A DNA stretch of 20,743 nucleotides from Pseudobdellovibrionaceae bacterium (GTDB taxonomy: Bacteria > Bdellovibrionota > Bdellovibrionia > Bdellovibrionales > Bdellovibrionaceae). The first letter of the stretch is position 1; each line of letters starts with the position of its first letter. The stretch is taken from contig JBIKLL010000048.1 of assembly GCA_044359815.1 (NCBI GenBank), positions 1-20,743 of the forward strand, in the 5' to 3' direction. The notes beneath the pieces were generated by a model. That model ran no database searches and was not told the DNA's origin. It saw nothing but the letters and a program-made list of their open reading frames with translations. A program made the position numbers and the translations under genes. This document shows, piece by piece, positions 16,160-20,743 of this stretch.

Positions 16160-17013
16160 ATTTTTAGTGATTTCAGTGACGAATGTAAATCAAACCTCAA
16201 CCCCAAGCTAGCTGCCAGATCGGTGTTCATATACCAATCAGATTCAATACCATAGGGGGATTGGTCGCGGTCCAGATGGCTTGCAGACAAACGCAGGGCT
16301 TTACCTATTCTGCCTTCAATAAAATCCATCAATTCCTTTAAACTGATTACCGGATTGGCAGCTAAATTTATGGGACCTGTAAAATCCGACTGGGCTAAAA
16401 AGTGGATGCCAAGGGCGGCATCTGCCGAATGGATCAAACTGAGTTTTGCATTGATGTTTGGAAAAAATATTTCCCTTTGCTGCTTGATCCTGTCCACATG
16501 AAATTGAAACCGTCCCGTGTAATCATCAGGTCCAAAAACCATGGGCAAGCGCACTGCCGTCACTGGCATTGAGGCTTGCGCAAAAAACACAGCCTCGCAC
16601 TGCCTTTTGGCTTCGCCATAGTCACTGGTTTTGCTGACTTGAGGCTGAAAACTGTATCCCACAGGATTAAAAACTGACTCTGACAAATTTGGCCCGGAAT
16701 CTTTGTAGACTGATTGAGTGCTAGTAAAAATATATTTTTTAGTGCGATTTTTAAATATTTCCACAGCGGCCAAGGCTTCTGAAGCTTCAAAACAAACTTG
16801 GTCAATCACGACATCAAATTCATGACCCTTTAAACTGCCAGCTAATTGTTTGGCATTGCTGCGATCACATTTAATCCTGAATATTTTTTTATCATTCAAA
16901 CCATCAGCCAGATTCTGCCGGTTCAGCAGTGTGACGTCGTGACCTGATTGCAAAAACAATTCAGCAATTCTTTTACCGAAAAACCGATTGCCACCAATAA
17001 TCAAAATATTCAT
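16156..17013 (-). CDS. NAD-dependent epimerase/dehydratase family protein (extended/atypical SDR)
   Basis: ILIIGGNRFFG, FTSTQSVY, YGEAK (YxxxK). Its stop overlaps the orn stop in TTAA. Confidence 0.88.
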   Translation of the reverse strand: MNILIIGGNRFFGKRIAELFLQSGHDVTLLNRQNLADGLNDKKIFRIKCDRSNAKQLAGSLKGHEFDVVIDQVCFEASEALAAVEIFKNRTKKYIFTSTQSVYKDSGPNLSESVFNPVGYSFQPQVSKTSDYGEAKRQCEAVFFAQASMPVTAVRLPMVFGPDDYTGRFQFHVDRIKQQREIFFPNINAKLSLIHSADAALGIHFLAQSDFTGPINLAANPVISLKELMDFIEGRIGKALRLSASHLDRDQSPYGIESDWYMNTDLAASLGLRFDLHSSLKSLKI

Positions 17014-17331
17014 TTATCTGGGTGGCGGGATGCAAACAATGGTGCTGGCAGAATTGCGAGCTTTAGAATTTTTTAGGGTCACTGTATTTCCGTGGATTGA
17101 AATGGCCTCAAAGCCCGATGGTTTGTGAGAAATCTTAAGCCTGATGACCTCACCAGTTAGCTCTACCAAGGCCTCACCCGAAAATTCACCCGAATCCATA
17201 GTCAGCTTCCAGACTTCGCCGGTGGAGACTTTTATAATTTCTTTGTAGGTAAATTCCTGCATATCCATCATGCAGTTGGGCTCAACAGGTGCCGCATTTA
17301 TTAATGTCGAAAACAATAAAACTGAAAACAT
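17014..17331 (-). CDS. Hypothetical secreted protein
   Basis: AAGGAG RBS; short signal-like N-terminus; 2 Cys; abuts the next gene with a 0-nt gap. Confidence 0.7.
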   Translation of the reverse strand: MFSVLLFSTLINAAPVEPNCMMDMQEFTYKEIIKVSTGEVWKLTMDSGEFSGEALVELTGEVIRLKISHKPSGFEAISIHGNTVTLKNSKARNSASTIVCIPPPR

Positions 17332-17393
17332 AAATCACTCCTTGATTTAAAGGTTTAAAAACCTTTGCTTTATTTCGTAATAAACACTTTAGC

Positions 17394-17425
17394 AAAAAAA
17401 AAGGGGGGTTTTGCAACCCCCCTTT
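17394..17425 (-). terminator. Rho-independent terminator of ahcY
   Basis: Stem GGGGGGTT/AACCCCCC with a GCAA tetraloop on the minus strand, followed by U9; 6 nt after the ahcY stop. Confidence 0.9.
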
Positions 17426-17431
17426 GAAGTC

Positions 17432-18832
17432 TTAGTATCTGTAATGCTCTGGTTTGTAAGGACCATTCACATCAAGGCCCAAATATTTAGATTGCTTGCC
17501 TGAAAGCTTTGTCAGCTTCACACCCAGCTTATCTAAATGCAATTCCGCCACTTTTTCGTCCAAATGTTTTGGCAATCTGTAAACGTTGATTTCCTCGTAT
17601 TTGTCACGGTTAGTGAAAAGCTCTAACTGAGCCAACACTTGGTTGGTAAACGAGTTAGACATTACAAAGCTTGGATGCCCAGTCGCACAACCCAAATTCA
17701 CCAAACGGCCTTTTGCCAAAACAATGATGCTGGTTCCGTCTTTAAGAATATGCAAATCAACCTGAGGTTTGATTTCGCGCATTTTTGAGTTTTTATTTAA
17801 CCAAGCCATATCGATTTCGATATCAAAATGCCCGATATTGCAAACAATCACATTGTCTTTCATTTTGGTGAAATGTTTTTCAGTGATGATGTCACAGCAA
17901 CCTGTGGCCGTTACAAAAATATCGGCATGGGGTGCGGCCTCTTCCATCGTTGTGACTTCAAAACCTTCCATTGCTGCTTGCAACGCACAGATAGGATCAA
18001 TCTCGGTAACCAACACTCGGGCACCGTAGGCACGCAGTGAATGGGCTGAACCTTTACCAACGTCTCCGTAACCAGCTACTACAACGGTCTTACCAGCTAA
18101 CATCACATCAGTGGCTCGCTTGATGCCGTCAGCCAATGATTCACGGCAACCGTACAGATTATCAAATTTTGATTTAGTCACTGAATCGTTAATATTAATT
18201 GCTGGTACTTTCAGTTTTCCTTTTTCCAAAAGCTTCATCAGATTGTGAACACCTGTTGTGGTTTCTTCTGATAAACCAATAATCTTTTTCAATTCTTTGG
18301 CAAAACGCTCTTCGTGCATCATGTTTGTTAAATCGCCGCCGTCATCCAAGATCAGATTGTAGCCATCAGCTCCCCAACCTTCGATTGTTTGTTCGATGCA
18401 CCAGTTAAACTCCTCTTCAGTTTGACCTTTCCAGGCAAACACGGGGATTCCTGCAGCAGCCATGGCAACCGCAGCGTGATCTTGAGTTGAAAAGATATTG
18501 CAAGAAGACCATCTGATTTTAGCACCCAAATAAATCAGAGTTTCAATCAACACAGCCGTTTGAATGGTCATGTGCAGACAGCCTGTGATTTTAGCACCTT
18601 TAAGTGGTTGCTGTTTGCCGTATTCTTGGCGAAGAGCCATCAATCCTGGCATTTCCTTTTCGGCGATCATGATTTCTTCACGACCCCATCTGGCCAGATC
18701 TTTAAACACAGAGGGATTTTCCATGGCCTCTTTGCACACACGATAGTCTGTGCCCCAAGCGTTGAATTTGCTTTTTGCTCCTGCAACAGGAGTTTTCTTA
18801 GATTTTTCTTTCGTAGATGTTTGCAATGCCAT
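17432..18832 (-). CDS. ahcY: Adenosylhomocysteinase (SAH hydrolase)
   Basis: [68 protein letters not shown] end. Start is ATG 18832 (AAAGG RBS) or 18892. Confidence 0.97.
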   Translation of the reverse strand: MALQTSTKEKSKKTPVAGAKSKFNAWGTDYRVCKEAMENPSVFKDLARWGREEIMIAEKEMPGLMALRQEYGKQQPLKGAKITGCLHMTIQTAVLIETLIYLGAKIRWSSCNIFSTQDHAAVAMAAAGIPVFAWKGQTEEEFNWCIEQTIEGWGADGYNLILDDGGDLTNMMHEERFAKELKKIIGLSEETTTGVHNLMKLLEKGKLKVPAININDSVTKSKFDNLYGCRESLADGIKRATDVMLAGKTVVVAGYGDVGKGSAHSLRAYGARVLVTEIDPICALQAAMEGFEVTTMEEAAPHADIFVTATGCCDIITEKHFTKMKDNVIVCNIGHFDIEIDMAWLNKNSKMREIKPQVDLHILKDGTSIIVLAKGRLVNLGCATGHPSFVMSNSFTNQVLAQLELFTNRDKYEEINVYRLPKHLDEKVAELHLDKLGVKLTKLSGKQSKYLGLDVNGPYKPEHYRY

Positions 18833-18916
18833 AGTTAAACCTTTCGTTTTGCTTGATGATTTATTTTTCAAAGCTTTTGATTTTAATTTCATTTTGTTAA
18901 GCCCAAATTTTTTAGC

Positions 18917-19675
18917 CTAATCAACGGTCAGAATTTCGCACCCAGTGTCTGTTATTAAAACAGTGTGTTCAAACTGCGCAGACCATTTTTTATCAGCTGT
19001 TGTATAGTATTTAATCGAGGATCCAGGAATGTCCAATTCTTTTATTGCTGCCACTCCTTGGTTAACCATGGGCTCGACAGTAATGCACTGCCATGGAACC
19101 AAAACTTCACCCCGGCCCTTTTTCCCAAAGGAAGGCACAAAGGGGTCGTCATGAAACTTTCTGCCTATTCCATGACCACCAATTTCCTTAACTGTTGTAT
19201 ATCCCCTGCGGGTTACAAATTTATCAATGGCAAAACCGATGTCCCCCGTTGTTGCTCCGGGACGAACCTCAGCTATGCCCTTATCCCTAGCGATTTCTGC
19301 AACCTGCACTAAGTCTTTAATTTCTTCGCTGACGTTTCCAATAAAGAAGGTTGCCGAGGTATCACCAAAAAAGCCGTCTTTTTCACTGGTGATATCCACA
19401 TTTATAATATCCCCCTCTTTCAGGGTTAAATTACCGGGTAATCCGTGACAGACGACTTCGTTAACAGAGGTGCAAATGGTTTTGGGATACCCATTGTAGC
19501 CCAAGCAAGCAGGCCTAAGCTCATTTGATAAGGTGTAGTCATAGACGATTTTATCCAATTCATCAGTAGTGACTCCGGGTTTAACAAATTTTTCGATGTA
19601 CTTCAGAGTTCTGGCCGCCATCATACAGATGTAGCGCATTTTTTGAATTTCGTCTTTTGACAAAGGCTTGATCAT
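18917..19675 (-). CDS. map: Methionine aminopeptidase type I
   Basis: CTSVNEVVCHG, NVDIT, GDTS, GHGIG..FH, TVEPM, AQFEHT. Confidence 0.96.
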   Translation of the reverse strand: MIKPLSKDEIQKMRYICMMAARTLKYIEKFVKPGVTTDELDKIVYDYTLSNELRPACLGYNGYPKTICTSVNEVVCHGLPGNLTLKEGDIINVDITSEKDGFFGDTSATFFIGNVSEEIKDLVQVAEIARDKGIAEVRPGATTGDIGFAIDKFVTRRGYTTVKEIGGHGIGRKFHDDPFVPSFGKKGRGEVLVPWQCITVEPMVNQGVAAIKELDIPGSSIKYYTTADKKWSAQFEHTVLITDTGCEILTVD

Positions 19676-19786
19676 ATTTTGATCCTTACAAGTCTGGCAT
19701 ATGAGATCTTGTTTCTAAAAAGTCTAGCAAATAGCAAATCTGGTACTTTAAGTCCGGTTCTAATAAATATTGTACCTTACAAAATA

Positions 19787-19821
19787 AAAAAAGCCCGAAC
19801 AAAGATTGAACGGGCTTTTTT
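19787..19821. terminator. Intrinsic terminator (bidirectional type) after the SWIB gene
   Basis: AAAAAAGCCCG-N13-CGGGCTTTTTT, 21 nt past the SWIB gene stop. Confidence 0.75.
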
Positions 19822-19842
19822 AAAATTCTACTAAATCAAATA

Positions 19843-20184
19843 CTATTTCAAGTGTTTGCTAACGATTTTAGTCATTTCAAACATAGAAACAGTAGATTTT
19901 CCAAACAACGCTCTTAATTTTTCGTCAGCGTTGATGTTTCTTCTGTTTTTAGCATCTTGAAGCTTGTTCTTTTTGATGTAGTCCCAAAGTTTTTTAACAA
20001 CTTGAGTTCTAGGGATAGAACCAGCGCCGATAACTGCTGCTAGTGTTGAACTAGGCGTTAAAGGTTTCATAAACGCTGCGTTTGGCTTTCTTTTGCCAGC
20101 AGCTTTTTTAGTAGCGGCTTTTTTAGTAGTCGCTTTCTTAGCGGTTTTTTTAGTCGCTTTTTTTGCTTTCTTTTTTGTAGCCAT
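19843..20184 (-). CDS. SWIB/MDM2-domain protein with histone H1-like Lys/Ala-rich N-terminal tail
   Basis: GGAGG RBS before ATG 20184 (113 aa); KKA(T/A) repeats; SWIB motifs LAAVIG, RTQVVKKLWDYIKKNKLQD, NINADEKL, VSMFEMTK. Confidence 0.92.
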   Translation of the reverse strand: MATKKKAKKATKKTAKKATTKKAATKKAAGKRKPNAAFMKPLTPSSTLAAVIGAGSIPRTQVVKKLWDYIKKNKLQDAKNRRNINADEKLRALFGKSTVSMFEMTKIVSKHLK

Positions 20185-20389
20185 GTATTCCTCCACATGC
20201 AATTTGTTGTTGGTTACTGTACTTAATTGTACTTTAGTGACAAGACTTCCCCTCTCACAATCTTTATTATGCAACTTAGTGTATCGACTTCTGTCTGTTT
20301 GTCCAAAAAAAAATTCATTTTTTTATACTTGAGTCAAAAAATCGATTTTCTCGACTGAAAAACTGCGTTTTCCCTCCGAAAAGACATGT

Positions 20390-20743
20390 ATGAGTGATTT
20401 TTTAAGCTTTGCTGAAATACTGGAACACAAAATACGCAAAGAGATTCTGGCAGAGTTTCAGAGCGAAAAACAGGCATCAAAGCCCAATTTCCTCTCTAAA
20501 AAGCCTGTTTACCCCCACAATTTCACCTCTGTAATGATCGATTTAGATCCTGTTTTGTTACCTAAGGACAGCCGGGCACAAGAATACCACAAGCACAAAA
20601 GAACCCCCCCCCCACCCAAGCCTCACGTCTTAAGTGCCACTCAGCAGAAGGCTTATGACCTGTTTCAACAGCTAGGCGCAGGACTAAATCCTGGATACCG
20701 CCCATCAGAATTAAAGAAAGCTTTCAGACAATTGTGTCTAAAA
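20390..20743 (+). CDS. Probable C-terminal J-domain (DnaJ-like) protein, truncated by window end (not in ORF track)
   Basis: Open for 118 codons: MSDFLSFAEILEHKIRKE...TPPPPKPH...ELKKAFRQLCLK. The last segment matches J-domain helix II just before the expected HPD. Confidence 0.65.
   Translation, partial: MSDFLSFAEILEHKIRKEILAEFQSEKQASKPNFLSKKPVYPHNFTSVMIDLDPVLLPKDSRAQEYHKHKRTPPPPKPHVLSATQQKAYDLFQQLGAGLNPGYRPSELKKAFRQLCLK

Noticed and set aside
18833..18916. SAH/SAM riboswitch ahead of ahcY
   Set aside because: The gap is short, A-rich on the sense strand and lacks recognisable stems.
20185..20274. Upstream start for the SWIB gene as given in the ORF track
   Set aside because: A GGAGG RBS supports ATG 20184, and the extra 30 codons look non-coding.
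2576..20332. Short antisense or alternate-frame ORFs inside the methyltransferase, amnB, ALDH, phytase-like, LLM, SDR, orn, ahcY, map and SWIB genes
   Set aside because: These are shadow ORFs of clearly recognisable genes with no independent support.

Overview
This AT-rich (about 40% GC by eye) bacterial window resembles Bdellovibrionota in gene content, which is an inference. The left end holds the tail of a HigBA-type toxin-antitoxin pair, an orphan secreted protein and tRNA-Asp(GTC). The tRNA's 3' flank is a ~350 bp nested palindrome with a perfect 31-bp stem and degenerate copies of the tRNA 3' end in both orientations. Next come a tandem pair of paralogous secreted C-x27-C proteins, a SAM methyltransferase and two further secreted orphans. 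The centre is a tightly coupled minus-strand operon: aminomuconate-semialdehyde-type ALDH, 2-aminophenol 1,6-dioxygenase beta and alpha subunits, a class 3 asparaginase-fold protein with all three Zn ligands replaced, a RidA-family deaminase and ttcA. A second minus-strand unit (unannotated 43-aa membrane peptide, atypical SDR, luciferase-like monooxygenase) lies 2.4 kb away. Between them are a phytase-like lipoprotein, a secreted orphan and a ~430 bp palindrome whose ends contain the stop codons of both flanking genes. Together these units look like an undescribed aminoaromatic (possibly tryptophan- or prey-metabolite-derived) catabolic route, which is the best candidate novel system. The right end is housekeeping: orn, an epimerase-like SDR, ahcY, map, a histone-H1-like/SWIB protein and a truncated J-domain gene. 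All calls come from reading motifs by eye, and no database searches were run.
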